Shown here piece by piece: positions 40,679-54,229 of a stretch of 64,000 nucleotides of DNA. The notes below the pieces were generated by a model. The model ran no database searches, was not told the DNA's origin, and was given only the letters and a program-made list of their open reading frames with translations. Numbering within the stretch: the stretch's first letter is position 1; every line of letters starts with the position of its first letter. The translations under genes and the position numbers were made by a program. The stretch comes from Bugula neritina (taxonomy: Eukaryota > Animalia > Bryozoa). The DNA is taken from the NCBI GenBank assembly GCA_964035545.1, contig OZ037765.1, positions 8,008,698 to 8,072,697 on the forward strand, read 5' to 3'.

Positions 40679-41252
40679 TTTGCTAGCAAGTGAATTAATA
40701 CTATTACTTGTTCATATACCTCTTAAAAACTACATTCATAACAATTTTGATACCGATGATTGATAACAACCTACACTAAAATAAAAATGATAGTAATACT
40801 AATGCTTAGGTAAATGCTGTAATTTTAACATGACATCCATTAGCAGAAACTAAAAACAAGTTAAAATTCTAACGTTTCCCATTTCTGTTTTCAAAATCAT
40901 CATACAAATACAATAAATATAATTAATAACAGGAATATTTTAATTCATATAGATAATAATATCAATATTTAGTTTGGTATCAACTTTTCAAGTTCAAGAA
41001 TAAGACTTTGAGTTAGACTAACACTTACAGTAACTGCAAGTGTAACTAAGCCTCTGTCACTGTGACTCATGACTGAGGTGGTCACACTCAGTGAATATCA
41101 CTATTTCTATTTAGGACATAAGCATAAATAATGCATTTTTATTTCAATAATTAACAAAAAAATTTACTGCTTAAAACATTCTTTAACAACCAACACATCC
41201 GAGCAGTACAGACGTGGTAGTATTTGAATTGGTTTGAATTAAAGTTACCCAC

Positions 41253-41283
41253 CTGTTCACAAATGATGGCCGTCAGGAAAAGG
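41253..41283 (-). promoter_or_regulatory. RPS10 5'-TOP/TCT start site and non-coding first exon
   Basis: Minus strand CCTTTTCCTGACGGCCATCATTTGTGAACAG|GTGGGT: a pyrimidine-tract start followed by a donor, typical of ribosomal-protein genes. Confidence 0.65.
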
Positions 41284-41659
41284 TCAGAGAATTGTGGGCC
41301 AGGTTGTGCCTTAAAAATGTTGCTAATAGCAAAATCTTTAAACATTAAAAAAATTTAAATAATTTTAAAATAAAAAAATAAATGCAAATTGTTTAATATT
41401 TTTTATTTTAATACACAGTTATATATATTCTTGGTATTGCTTGGCTACTTTGATCAAGGTCGTATGGATGTCATTGCAACAGCAAGCAATACAGGAAAAT
41501 AGCTTATAACAGCGCAAAATTAGTGGTCACTGAGTGCGGTGGTTCTTGTATCGAATTCAAACAATGTTGTTTATAGCAAAGGGTTAAAAGGTTACTCAGA
41601 ATTATACAAACGCAGCATTCAATGGCTCCGAGCTTTGTGCTGTTTCTAGTGACTTTCAT

Positions 41660-42760
41660 TGCTCAGCATGAAAATCATGATCATAATTATAGTTTGAGTG
41701 AAACAGTTTGGCATACTCAATCTCATATCAAAATTATAATAAAATTATCCATAATCATAATGTTGCTATCATCATGAGTATAGTCAACTTCAATGTGTAG
41801 ATGGGGTTGAAGTTTTGAAGCCAAACCGATAGAATAACTATATAATATAGTATATTATTATTAATATTATTATAAATTTATTTATAACTAATAGTAATAG
41901 TAATAGTAATAAGTATAATTATAATATAATTATAAGTATAACTAACACTAACAGTAACTCGCCTCTTAAAGTTAAACTTAAAGTTAATCACTCAATTAGA
42001 GTTAGTGTAATTGTAATTAAAAGTAAAACCATAATCATAGTGATAATCCTAAAGCTTAGCCTAATCAGTAATCATAATGATTAAATTACCTACTCTTAGG
42101 GTTGGAGGCAAGGCCAAGAAACATATTCATATTGATAATTAAAGTTAAAAATAAAAGGTTTATTACAACTAATTTCAAATTGAAGTACAATCTTCTTGAT
42201 ATTCTGAAAATGAATGGAGGAATACTAATAGAATATCAGTATTAGTATAACTATATTAATATAATTATGTGGTTTAAAAACTTAGTGTTGCTTTTAAAAG
42301 AGTCAATATGCTTTTTGCAGTTTTATTTGCACTAAATAATAATTGTGTATATGATTATATCTTTAGTGGTGCACAAAACTACAACAATAGTAATAGTATT
42401 CTGAAACCGATACTCTATTATCATTAGTAATACTAATAAAGTATCGGTTTCAGAATATGGCTATTTAAATTACTGTCAGCCTTGCTATTGGAACTACTAA
42501 CTAATATTAATGTGGTTTCTGTATTATTATTAATGAAGAACAATATTCATTATGATGTTGTCTGTAGTGATGTAAATGTGGTGAATGCCTTAAACCAAAG
42601 CTAATGAAATTTTAATATGTGCAGTTTTGTAAGGATTTTTTGGAAACAAAAAAGCTTGTCCATTCTATTTAAAAGTTGGGAGAATTTTAATATTGTCATT
42701 AATGGTAATGCTAATTGTGTTAGCTGTATGAGTTGTTATAAAACAGACAGTGCTAATAAT
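41660..42760. repeat. Degenerate 3-nt periodic AT-rich tracts in the RPS10/PITRM1 divergent upstream region
   Basis: For example ata gta ata gta ata; act aac act aac agt aac; acc ata atc ata gtg ata atc; cat taa tgg taa tgc taa. Confidence 0.6.
42397..42457. repeat. 61-nt near-perfect hairpin
   Basis: TATTCTGAAACCGATACT-C-TATTA [13-nt loop] TAATA-A-AGTATCGGTTTCAGAATA: a 24-bp stem with one mismatch. Confidence 0.9.
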
Positions 42761-42821
42761 TTTCTAAGTTTAGATAGATGTACTCAGACCCATCTGAATT
42801 AGACTATAAAAACTCAAGCAA

Positions 42822-43024
42822 GTTTATAGTCACCATCCCTGTGAGAAAACCCCTGGTGGAAGGGGTTTTTGTTAAATTGGGCTAAGAATTTATTTAGATG
42901 GGGCACAGGAGCACTTATGACTGGCTGCTCTTCTTAACATCACCAATGGCCTTTGTCCGGGCTCGAACCCATGACTTTGTGCTTACTAGGCAAACGCTCT
43001 AACCCTTAAACCACGGCTGCTCCC
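42822..43024 (-). mobile_element. tRNA-derived SINE, near full length
   Basis: Reverse complement has A box TGGTTTAAGGG, B box GGTTCGAGCCC and the same body as the 50247 copy. Possible degenerate TSD core AATTAGACT at 42797 and 43031. Confidence 0.88.
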
Positions 43025-43394
43025 TATTTAAATTAGACTGTATTATAGTAATAAAAAGGGCGGCTAACTTAAAAGTTGACAAATATTTGTATAGTTTTAC
43101 TAAGAGTAAGCTTATCTATAGAAATGCTTCAAAATTCAGTGACTACTGCATTATGTACACTAGTGACAGCAGTAATCATATATTATTAATCTTTACTTTA
43201 AAGTTTGTAAAATGTTGAGATTTGTAACGGTATTCTAAAAATAGGATACAGTTTAAGAAACAGTTGATCAAGACTTATTTTGTTGTAAGAAAAATATTTT
43301 AGTTACTTTTACTTTTCTACTTCAATATTATTTTAAAATTTGCCGTTATGGTTTTTATTTGTAGAAGTTTTCTAAAGTAAGTTTCCCTATTGCA

Positions 43395-46300
43395 ATGGCT
43401 ACTCCCCGGCTACTATACAGCACTGTTTTAGCTAAAAGCTTGAAATCATGCAGATCAAAATTCAGTCAAAAATGGAACTGTATGCACAGGTAGGCACAGT
43501 CTCTGTTGCTTTATTCATGTTTTCATTTTTCATCAATCGTTAACCTAAATTATCTTTCATGTTTCTGTTATAGGATTAAGTATTCCACAGCTGTAGCTGT
43601 GGAACCTCCGTTGGATAGTTATGCTTCCCTGTCTGCGGGCAATAAGATCAGAGGCTATACAATACTCAAGGTATGTCTTATAATACTATTAAAAATATAT
43701 GGTAATACCTTCTGCTCTATAAATTTGATTTACGTCAGTTAGTGTTTTATGTTTACATTTCAGGTAGTTCCTGTCTCAGAACTGAATCTGGTGTCTGTAC
43801 TCCTTTCTCATGATAAAACTAATGCTAAACATCTCCACATAGCCAGAAATGATAAGAACAATGCTTTTGGGTGAGTGAGCTGTACATGATTAATATCTTA
43901 GTGGCTGCTTACTAACATGCTTGCCTGAGGTCCAGGGCCCTAAGGCTAGTGTGTGTTAGGAGGGGGGTGTGTGAGAGGCGCCTCACATTTATATTTCAAA
44001 TTCAGTATCATTTATATACTGCATTCGTTATACAGTAAAAAATAGAAGTACCACTGTAAGAATTGCATAATTTAGGTTTTAACAATTATGCTGCACATGA
44101 GCCAACATGAGTTGTATTTAATACTCTAAAAAGTACGTTGTATAGAAGTGTGGTTTAGTATAGGTAAGCCGAATCTGGTGTTTGTACTTCATATTTTGGC
44201 TGGCTAGCTCAAGGGAATTCCTTAATATTTATTTAATTCATTATTGAATGTGGTCTCTAATTATTTTAGAAGCTGACTTTCTTACTGTACAGTTAATATT
44301 TATTTTGATATTTTAGGCATAAAATTTTCTGCTCGCTTTTTTGTTGTTTCATTTAATATAAAAGTTTATTTTAAACTTTACTAAATGTTGTTTAGACTAA
44401 GCGAGTTATTATTAGGCTTATGTGTTTAGCTGTGTGTAATAAATGCTCAACGTTTTATATTTCAGGGTTTCATTTAGAACTACGCCCATGGATGACACCG
44501 GTGTGCCTCATATCTTGGAGCATATAGCCCTCTGTGGATCTACTAAATACCCTGTGCGAGATCCTTTCTTTAAAATGATTAATAGATCTTTATCAACATT
44601 CATGAATGCAATGACTGGTAAGCTAAGCTAAGCTAATTCAGTACCATGCAGATGTCTTCCAATGATCATAAAATATTATAATATACCAGATTTGTTTGGA
44701 AAAAAAACTCATCAAAACTAGGATTATAAGGTTTCCAACTAATCATGTTGAAATTGCCTTCACGTACTATAAGATGGTGTTGAAATGTATTCTTGAAATC
44801 TTTTCACTCTGAAAGAGTATTGGTATAAATATTTTGCAGCTAGTGACTGGACACTGTATCCGTTTAGTTCTCAAAATAAAAAGGATTTTACAAACCTGAT
44901 GTCTGTATACTTGGATGCTGCGTTCAACCCATTATTGCAAGAGCGAGATTTCAGGTTGTGGAAGTTTGCTTTTCAAATTATTAAATTAACTGTGCAATAT
45001 TTAATTTTTATTATAATGTGCTGAACTCCTGTTTTCACTTTTATAAGATACAGTTCTATAAAGTAAGAAAAAGACAGTTGAGTTTTGTCAAGCAGTAACT
45101 CTTTATGTTGTCTGGCTTTTTAAAACACAGTATTTTAGTAGTTTTTTTAATTTTTTAAATTCATGAATTTAAAATATTTCGAGTGTTGTTTCACCCTGTA
45201 TCAAAGAGTTCTGTTTACCCCCTTATCATTTTTGTCTACTGATTATGAAAGCAAATAGACGCTTTAATTTTCTATTTTAGGTCGTTAGTTTTATGTGCGG
45301 TTGATAAAGTTTTTAGTCCTATAATCTTTCCTTCAGTTATTGTTTTGTGGCCAGCTGGCTAAAAATCTAAAATGGCTAATCATCCAAGACTCTAGCTGTC
45401 TAGCAGTAATCACATGTTGAAACTTCTTAGCATATTGTATTCTAGTATATAATTCTATTGTGGAATAGTTTTGAAAAGTCGAGACTTCAGGCTATTTGTA
45501 AATTACAATTCAGATTTGTTTATTTTGAATGTCAAAAAGTCATTAGAATTTTATCTTCAAGTTTTGTAAATCTTTTGTTTTAAGATATAAATTTGGGAAC
45601 ATTTAAATTGATTAAGAGCATTTTTCTGTGTATCTAAAAGTGTATGTTAAATATTTTAATCAATTGTAACTTGTTTTTGTACATTTATCTAGGCAAGAGG
45701 GGTGGCGACTAGAGCACAAAGATCACAATGATCCATCAAGTCCAATAATATACAAAGGAGTAGTTTTTAATGAAATGAAGGGGGTATTTGTAAGTATTGC
45801 AATATAATTATAATTATATGTTATCAGTTTGAAAATTTTCGCCTTTTTTTGTTATTTTAATAATTCAACTCCATTGCTTTATGGGTGTTTTATATTGAAC
45901 ATACCAATTATGGTTTATGGATTTAGTTATGCGTAAATAACCAATGCAGCAATGTGGTGACCAACTCAAACTAGCAGCTCAACTTTAATATTTGCAGTTA
46001 AAACTCAAATGTGTTGTGTAGATTAGTTTTACTATAATTTTATAGCAGGCTTTAGATTTACATAAAATAATGTTCTCATTGGAAGTTAAACCTGACCCAG
46101 CTGGCTGATGTCCCACCACGCATGATGGCACCACCAGTTACTACTTCGTGGCATCACGTGGAGGGTCGAAAGTTTGGTTGTGAATTAATTCAATGCTAAA
46201 GTGCCTTTATTGGATAAGATCAGTACAGGCGCTAGGTTTGCAGATGAAATAAGTTTTTATATAGAAATGCAGAAAACTTTATGTATGAGCATGACTTTCA

Positions 46301-49300
46301 ATCACACCACAGCCATTAAGAGAATTTTTTGCTGCAAGTAATGTTCATTAGCCAAATCATAATGCTAATTATTCTAATAAGATGTTCATTAATTAATTAC
46401 AAAGTTAGTGACAATGAGACCAAATTGCTGTAAGCATGGACCAACCAGCTTAGAGTTTTGTTATCTGGCCAACTCATATTCAAGATCCACAATTTAATTG
46501 TAGTCTTCCCAGCATGCTATATTCCAAGAAGCAGTACAGAATAATCTGCTCCCCAGTCATACGTATGGTGTTTGTTCTGGTGGCCTTCCTCTAGCCATCC
46601 CAGACCTTACGTGGCAGGCTTTGAGAGAGTTCCATTCTAACCACTATCATCCAAGCAACTCCAGGTACCCAGCCATTTAACAACCATCTTTTATTAATCC
46701 GATTTATTGTTCCATACAAATTAGTGAATGAAAGTTGTTATAGTTGAAATATGTATTTAGATTTATAACATATGGAGACCAGCCACTGGAAGACCACCTG
46801 GATATGATAGAAAGTTCTGTACTGAAACATTACAATAAACTAGAGCAAGATACTAGTGTGCCACTGCAACCCAGGTGGGCTGAACCAGTGAGTATGTAAT
46901 GCGGCTATTCATTCTTGCTGCATGTTGCTATGTTCCCATGGTAACCTGTCAGGTAAAGCAGTTGACCTTCAGCTGTGTTCCATGGAGCTTGTTGCTTCAT
47001 ATAATAGGATAAACTTGTGGTAAAACAATTAGCAAAAGTTTTTCTCCTTATTACATTCAATATTGTAACTAGTAAAAGGCTTTGAAAATTATTTCAACAT
47101 TAGAATTATTTCAAGGCCATTAGTTAACCGATAAGAGTTTTGAGTAATGTTTTTTTATTTGTATGTGTATTGCTTTACTAAAACCTGGACGGAACCAATG
47201 AAATCTAATAGATATGCTTTTTCATTTTACTGCTAAAGTATGGTTTAATCTTGACTTTACAGAGGAGAGTTAAAGTCACATGCAGACACAATGAAATGCT
47301 TCCCGATTCAAATAAGCAAACTACAGTTGCTGTATCATATCTCCTCACAGAGTAAGTAAAGTTGTTTATAGCACAAGTTTAGCATATTTTCTTGCAGTGT
47401 AAGTATAGTTATTTATAGCATAAGTTTAGCATATCTATTTACAGTGTGGATGTATAATTATTTATATAGCATTAGTTTCTCGTTTATATTTATTTGCAGT
47501 CTAAGCATTTTTTATATACACGAGTTGTGCACATTGCAGCATGCAAGCTCTAACATTCTGTACTCTCCCCTTCCAGTGTGACAGACGTGTATGAGTCCAG
47601 TGTGCTCAGTCTAATCAGCAGTTTATTGGTGAATAGTGAAACTGCCCCATTCTATCACTCATTAATAGAAAGCAACCTGGGCTCTGGGTTTGCTCCAGTC
47701 TGTGGGTTTGTATTTCCTATCTCTGTCTTATTATTGGTAATGCATCAGAAACAGCCATTGGCTACTTGTATATTACTACCTACAAACTTGTTAATAGATT
47801 TATATCTGCTCTAAATTTTAGCATTAGATAATGGCATCAAGAGTCAGCGTAGATTAATTGGTAAAAATAATGACACGTTTGGCTAGATCACGCTTTGAAT
47901 GAGACATTTTCTGTTATCGGTTAACTTGTTATCTACTGAGACCTGGCTCAAAAACTTATTCGTTGAGTCTAAATTATTTTGCTCAATATTTTATATTCTT
48001 GATATTTTCAGAAACTCTACTGTTTCTCTTTTTCTCAGTACTTTTACAATGACCAATGTATTGGCGTACTTAGGTATGAGAACAGCACTAGAGATACTTG
48101 GTTCTCGGTTGGTCTGGAGGGAATAGCTGGAGGCAGTGTAGAACAGGTACTCAACATCATAGATGAAACCTTCAAAAAAGTCGCAAAGTAGGTTTTATGC
48201 TTCTTATTCATCTATATTTAAAACTTTTTACTTTTCATTAGTGCTCTGATTATATGTAATCTTCCTGCTGGTGAAAATGATTTTATTAATGCTTGTAATT
48301 TACCTCCTTCAGCGAAGGTTTTCCACAGGAAAGAGTTGATGCTCTGTTATCACAAATTGAGTTGTCTACAAAACATCAAACATCTAACTTTGGGCTTTCT
48401 TTAATGATGGTAAGTTAAAACCTCTTCTTTGTTACATGATTTACATCCTAGTTTATTGCCATTTGAAACTAATTTCTTTTTTGTTTCATAAAAACATAAT
48501 TTTAACCAAGTATTTTTTTAGAAAAGTAATTTATATTTGGTTATTCTGTGAATCCGTTTGAATTTTTTGTTTACCAGCAATTTTGTTTCATAATTTCATA
48601 GTTGGCAACTCAATTTAAATATATAAATTTGTACTCAGTTGTTAAATATATTATATATATATATATACATAACAAGTACTAAGCTGGCAACGCATAGTAA
48701 TGTAACACATTTCTGCATGTTTAGTCTCTGAACACGATGTGGAATCATGACGCTGATCCAACTGTTGGACTACAAGTCAACGAAATCATTTCTCGGTTTA
48801 AAAAAGAAATGGCAGCCAATCCTCAATATCTTCAAGAATACGTCAAGAAATACTTCATAGTTAGTAGAACATTTAACTCAGTATCTGGTTGGTTAATCTT
48901 TATTTTTAGTAATATAAAATTACATATAGCATTCTATAGAATAAAATTATTTTATATATTTGTACAGGAGAATACTCACAAGTTAACCGTGGAGATGAGT
49001 CCAGAGGAGCACTACGAAGAGAAGCAGCAGGAACTGGAGGCAGCCAAATTGAAGTCTATGGTGGATTGTCTCACCACTGCGGATAAAGAAGAAATCTTTA
49101 CTCAAGGTGATGCCCTAAATGTAACTGTTTTCTTGCACGCTATTGCATTGATAAACTGTATACTAGTATAATGTATGGTTTACTGTGTGAGGGTATGTAC
49201 ATGTCATTTTACATTATATTATATTACATTAAACTACATCTCAGATTTTACAAAGTGAAAAATGTGTATGCAACCTTCAACAGTCAAGTATTAATCTGAA

Positions 49301-52300
49301 TAATTAGCAAATTTGCCATGTCAGCATAATTTACTTGCTACACATACGCGAAGCACAATAAATGTCATTCATCAATTTGCCAAGCCACGTGATAGAGTAT
49401 AAGTAGAAGTAAATTCTATGATATACGGCTCTTCAGCTGCTCACAAATAAGTAAGTTCTATGCTGGCTGTCAGAGCTACATACACATATATAATGTCACG
49501 CTGCCGCACACTGTAGGCAAAGTTCTTGCTCAAGCTCAAATGGAGGAAGAGGATCTTTCCTGCCTTCCCACAATTCTCAAGACAGATCTGGATACTGTGG
49601 GTGTTAAGACTCGTGTAGATACCACCACTCTAGGTATGTAAACATACACTCTGTTCATTCAGAGTCAGTAGTGGCTAGTAGTTTGTAACTCTTATAGTTT
49701 AGTTCATGGTAATATTGAATATTAAGTTGCATATTCCAGATGGTGTTGAAGTGCAGCTCTGTGAACAGCCAACCAACGAAGTCGTCTATTTTAATCTACT
49801 CACAGATATGGCCGATCTTCCGTCTCACCTGAAACCCTTCGTACCTCTCTTCTGTTCAGTTGCTACCAAGTATGATTGTTGTTTCTATATTTGTATCTCT
49901 TGCAGATATTTAACTACTGTGTAGTTATTGGTTTAATTCTTGGTGTACTTGAATTAGTGCTGTTTGGATAACTACTAATTACTATCATGTGTATAATGTT
50001 GGCTACATACTACTTAGAGTCTTAGATGTTCTCAGTCACATCACTATGCATTCATGCTCAGACTTGCTATGTACTACATAATATGTAATAATGCTGACAA
50101 AAAGTTGACATTGAACAACTTGAAATTTTAAGTTTCTTTTTAATTAATTGAAACTCTACTGCAGTGTACATGTATTATTACATGTATTTCTTGTAGGTTT
50201 GTGTGTAAAACGATATTTAAAGTCTTAGTTTGTAACTAGTTAGGATGGGTGCAGCCGTGGTCTAGGGGTTAGAGCGTTTGCCTAGTAAGCATAAAGTCAT
50301 GGGTTCGAACCCCGACAAAGGCCATTGGTGATGTTAAGAAGAGCATCCAGTCATAATTGCTCCTGTGCCCCATCTGAATTAGTCCTTAGCCCGATTTAAC
50401 AAAAGCCCCTTCCATCAGGGGCTTCTCACAGCGATGGTGACTATAATAAACTTATGTTAGTTTTTGTAACTTGTTAGGATGGGTGCCGGCGGTCTGGACT
50501 ACAAGCAGCAGAGTCAGCGTATTGCCAGATACACCGGAGGGCTGTCTCTCTCACATCACATATCATCCTCTCCTTCAGACCTGGATATGGTACTACAGGC
50601 CATTCATCTTCAGTCCTTCTGTCTTAAAGAGAACATAGCTCCCATGTTTGAACTGTGGGCCGATATATTCAATAAGTACGATATGCAATATCACTATCAC
50701 TGTGTACTATTGATTTTAAAACTAAATTTGGAGATTAAAATTCATGAAACTGTGGCATCATCGCAATCTCTGCAGCTTTTTTTATGATTTGTTTGAACTT
50801 TTGGTTTATTATAGTAAGTTGTTAAATTAGCATTGCTTGATGTTAATTTTATAAAAAAACGTGATTTCTCATTCCGATCAACACAAAACTTGATTTTTAA
50901 TTTTTAAATATCTTTGTAAGTAACACAGACTCTGTCTTGTTTCTGTGTTATAGTATCAGGCTAGAGGATGTTGGAAGGCTGTCAATGCTGCTGAAGATGA
51001 GTGTAGCTGACCTGGTCAACTCCGTGTCTCACAGCGGACATCAGTACGCCATGCGGCACTCAGCTAGTAACCTCAGTGAGGCTAACAGACTGAAAGAGGT
51101 GTTTTTTCTTGTATTGAGTTGATATTAAAAAAGTACCATGTAGGCTCATGTGAAATAGTTATTGTTGTGGCTATAAGTAGCGGGCTGTAAGTATTGCTGG
51201 TAGTATTATGATCTATATAGTAGCGTTTTACTAATTTTTAAAATCTCAAGAAGTTTAAATCATTCTTAGGAACCATTTTGTAATAATGGTGTATCAGTGT
51301 ATTTGCCTCTATTTGAACCAATTTTTTGAGTGACTAGCTTGTATAAATTTGAGTATTAAAGGAATTTCTTTTAGATGTAGTTTATTAATATTTGCATCAC
51401 ATTGTATTGTTAGTCTATCATTTAATTTTGTGTTGATATAATTTTCCTCTCTACACATCTTTCTTATCGCCTGTCCAGGTGTTGTCAGGGGTGACTCAGA
51501 TTTCCTTCCTCAAGTCTCTATCAGAGAATGACAATCAGGATCGTATAGCTAGCTATCTAAAAGATATTGCACAACACGTGCTCAATAAAAACTCTCTCAA
51601 GTATGTGAATTCTATTTAGTATTAGCCATTAGTGATTACCAGTCAATTTATAGCGAGTGTAATTGTAGATGATTTCTATTTATATTCATTTTTTCTGCAT
51701 TTTGTGCAATACATTTCATGTTTTCGTTTTATTAGGTTTTTATTGTAAATTTCTGCAATGGCCTACAGTATTTAGACACCTTTATAGCGATTAGCGACAT
51801 AACTGTTTTTTTTAGAAATTTAATTTTGCTACTCCTGTGTTCTAATTTATTTAGTTTTATTTCAGGTGCTCTATCAATGCTGAGTCTAATGCAATAGATC
51901 AAGTGAGTTCTCAATTGCATTCCTTCCTAGGCTCATTGTCGGGAGCTGTAGAATGCCCCCCTACCCACACTCAGCTGTCTAGCACTGAGAACCTGAAACC
52001 TAAATCAAAGACTCACTTCTCTATGGACTTTAGTGTAAATTATGCGGGAATGTCTGTCCCAACCGTAGAATATCTCCATGAAGACTTTGCTCCGTATGTA
52101 TTGCTGATAATTTTATTTCTATTACCAATGTTTGGTGTTAGCTATGCATATTTCACTTCTACAAAGTCGTACGTTTGTCACTCTCTGACAGCATGTGGCT
52201 AAATATCCTTTAGTCTAAGTAAAACTAATTTGTATTGCATTTATTGCTACAATGATATTATTTATTATATGCAATGTTTTAAAGTATGTAGGCTTTGCTA

Positions 52301-54229
52301 CTAGAATTAATGAATGGAGATTTATATATATACCTATTTCAATTACTGTATTTTAGATTGAGGGCTATGGCCAGTTTACTGAGAAATAAATTTCTACACA
52401 GAGAAATACGAGAAAAAGGCGGTGCTTATGGGGGCGGGGCTACAGGTGATGCTGCTGGCCAAATGTCCTTTTACTCATATAGGTAACGGAATAATGTTAT
52501 TTCTATATCATCATGGTTTAATAAACTTTATAGTCTGTGGGTTTGGGGTTTGTGTCTACAAACCAGGCAGTGTGGTGTTTAGTTTATTAAACAAGACTAT
52601 GTATCCTGTGCTGTAAATTGATTTGTGTGTTGATAAAGATCTCAGTTGCTAATGTTGGTAAATGTTTGGAAAATAGCGTTTTTATGTTTTGATAGAAATA
52701 AACATTTTCATTGCAATTTCATTAGTACTTGGGATTTTATTTTGATTATAAAATTAAGCATTTTTTTGTAGCTGAGTTGGTAAAGAATTTAGGTTCAGGT
52801 TATTTAAATTTTTAGTGATAAAATTATGAAAACAAAAATCATTTAAAAGTGTTGATGGAGGTCATTGCACTTTGTTCTATAACTAAGATTGAATGAATCT
52901 ACATTTTCATAAAGTGATGTACATCAAAAAATAGTCCTGTAATATAGGGAGGCAACTTCAAACATATATTTACATATTTTTGGGCATCTTCATCTTCCTA
53001 CAGTATAGAATGTTTATTTCAAATGTGCACCACTTTATCCTATTTAGGCTCTGTGAGACTTACTAATGATGTAAAAAGGGACAGAGAGCTTTTGACATAA
53101 ATGCCTTGTAAATCACGATTCAAATATAACAAAGTTGATGTAATAAAGTTATTATATGCTGATAACTGACTAATGGCCTTATAGTGAATGCTACAAGTTT
53201 TGAGTTGAGTTTAATGACAAAATATATCACATCTAAAATTTAGCTAAACATTAATACTAATTTTAAAACGTTAGGCTGTTAAGTCATGTTAAAACATGAA
53301 TCAAAACTAATAATAATCGTGATTCTAGGTTTATATCTCAAGGAGCAACTCCAAAATCAATGCTCTCTTGTGTGATGGTTCACTATAATATAGTTTTGCT
53401 GCAAAATAGCATTTGAGTGTCCCTGGCCTACTAAATCCAACTTTGCATATGTTATGAGATCTTTATTATGTCCGGGCTGCCAGCTGTTGATGGCTAGTTT
53501 ATCTTAATTGCTGCCTCTACTTCTTAGGGATCCAAACTCGCTGAAGACTGTGGAGACAATGTGCTCTTCAGCTGATTGGATATCCAGTGGTAACTTTACT
53601 CAACAGGATGTTGACGAAGCCATTCTAACAATATTTCAGAAAGTAAGTTATTGTCTGCTAGTTATCTTGTCACATTGATACGACTAAAATGTGGTTTCTT
53701 TATTTGCATTTGATGAAAATTATTGAAGTTTTTTTTTAATTTGATAAGTTTTAACAATATTACAGAGCATTTGTTCTGTTCCATAATTTTCTTTTATTTT
53801 GACTATTGAAACAGATTGACAGTCCAGTGGCGCCAGGTGCAAGAGGTCAAGGTCTCTTCCTCAGTGGCGTGACTGATGATATGAAGCAGCTGCACCGAGA
53901 CAGGCTGCTTTCCGTTGATGTGCAACAAATCAAATCTGTATCTGAACGGTCAGTAATATTTGTTATGAGTTAGTCATTCTATATAAACTAAACAATGATG
54001 TAGACATAGTATAGTAGACATAGTATAGTAGACAGGGTATAGTAGACATAGTATAGTAGACATAGTGTAGTAGAGATGGTGTATTAGTTAATGGCATTTC
54101 AGATACTTGAAAGAGCCAACAGTTCAAGGAATATCACTGATTGGACCAGAAAATGAAGATATCACTGCTGACAGTGAGTGGACTATAAGTGGTAGAGAGC
54201 CTTGCTGTCAGCTACCATCACTTTCATGA
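43395..54229 (+). CDS. PITRM1: Mitochondrial presequence protease (pitrilysin metallopeptidase 1, M16C)
   Basis: Basic/hydroxylated transit-peptide-like N-terminus [22 protein letters not shown]; [27 protein letters not shown] (HXXEH); [19 protein letters not shown]; HYHPSN; QPTNEVVYF; [16 protein letters not shown]; FYSYRDP; stop TGA 54227-54229. Confidence 0.96.
47368..47505. repeat. Degenerate ~40-bp tandem repeat in a PITRM1 intron
   Basis: About 3 units of ATAGCA(C/T)AAGTTTAGCATAT...TT(G/A)CAGTGT. Confidence 0.6.
50247..50455 (+). mobile_element. tRNA(Thr)-derived SINE, best-preserved copy, at a PITRM1 3' splice site
   Basis: GCAGCCGTGGTCTAGGGGTTAGAGCG (A box), TTGC-CTAGTAA-GCA (AGT anticodon-like loop), GGGTTCGAACCCC (B box), then a non-tRNA body. 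It is flanked by a ~28-nt duplication (50225-50252 / 50457-50486). Confidence 0.9.
54000..54085. repeat. 14-bp minisatellite in the last PITRM1 intron
   Basis: (GTAGACATAGTATA) about 6 times with variants. Confidence 0.9.

Noticed and set aside
50247-50325. tRNA-Thr gene
   Set aside because: The acceptor stem does not pair, there is no oligo-T terminator, and it continues into a body shared with two other dispersed copies, so it is a SINE head.
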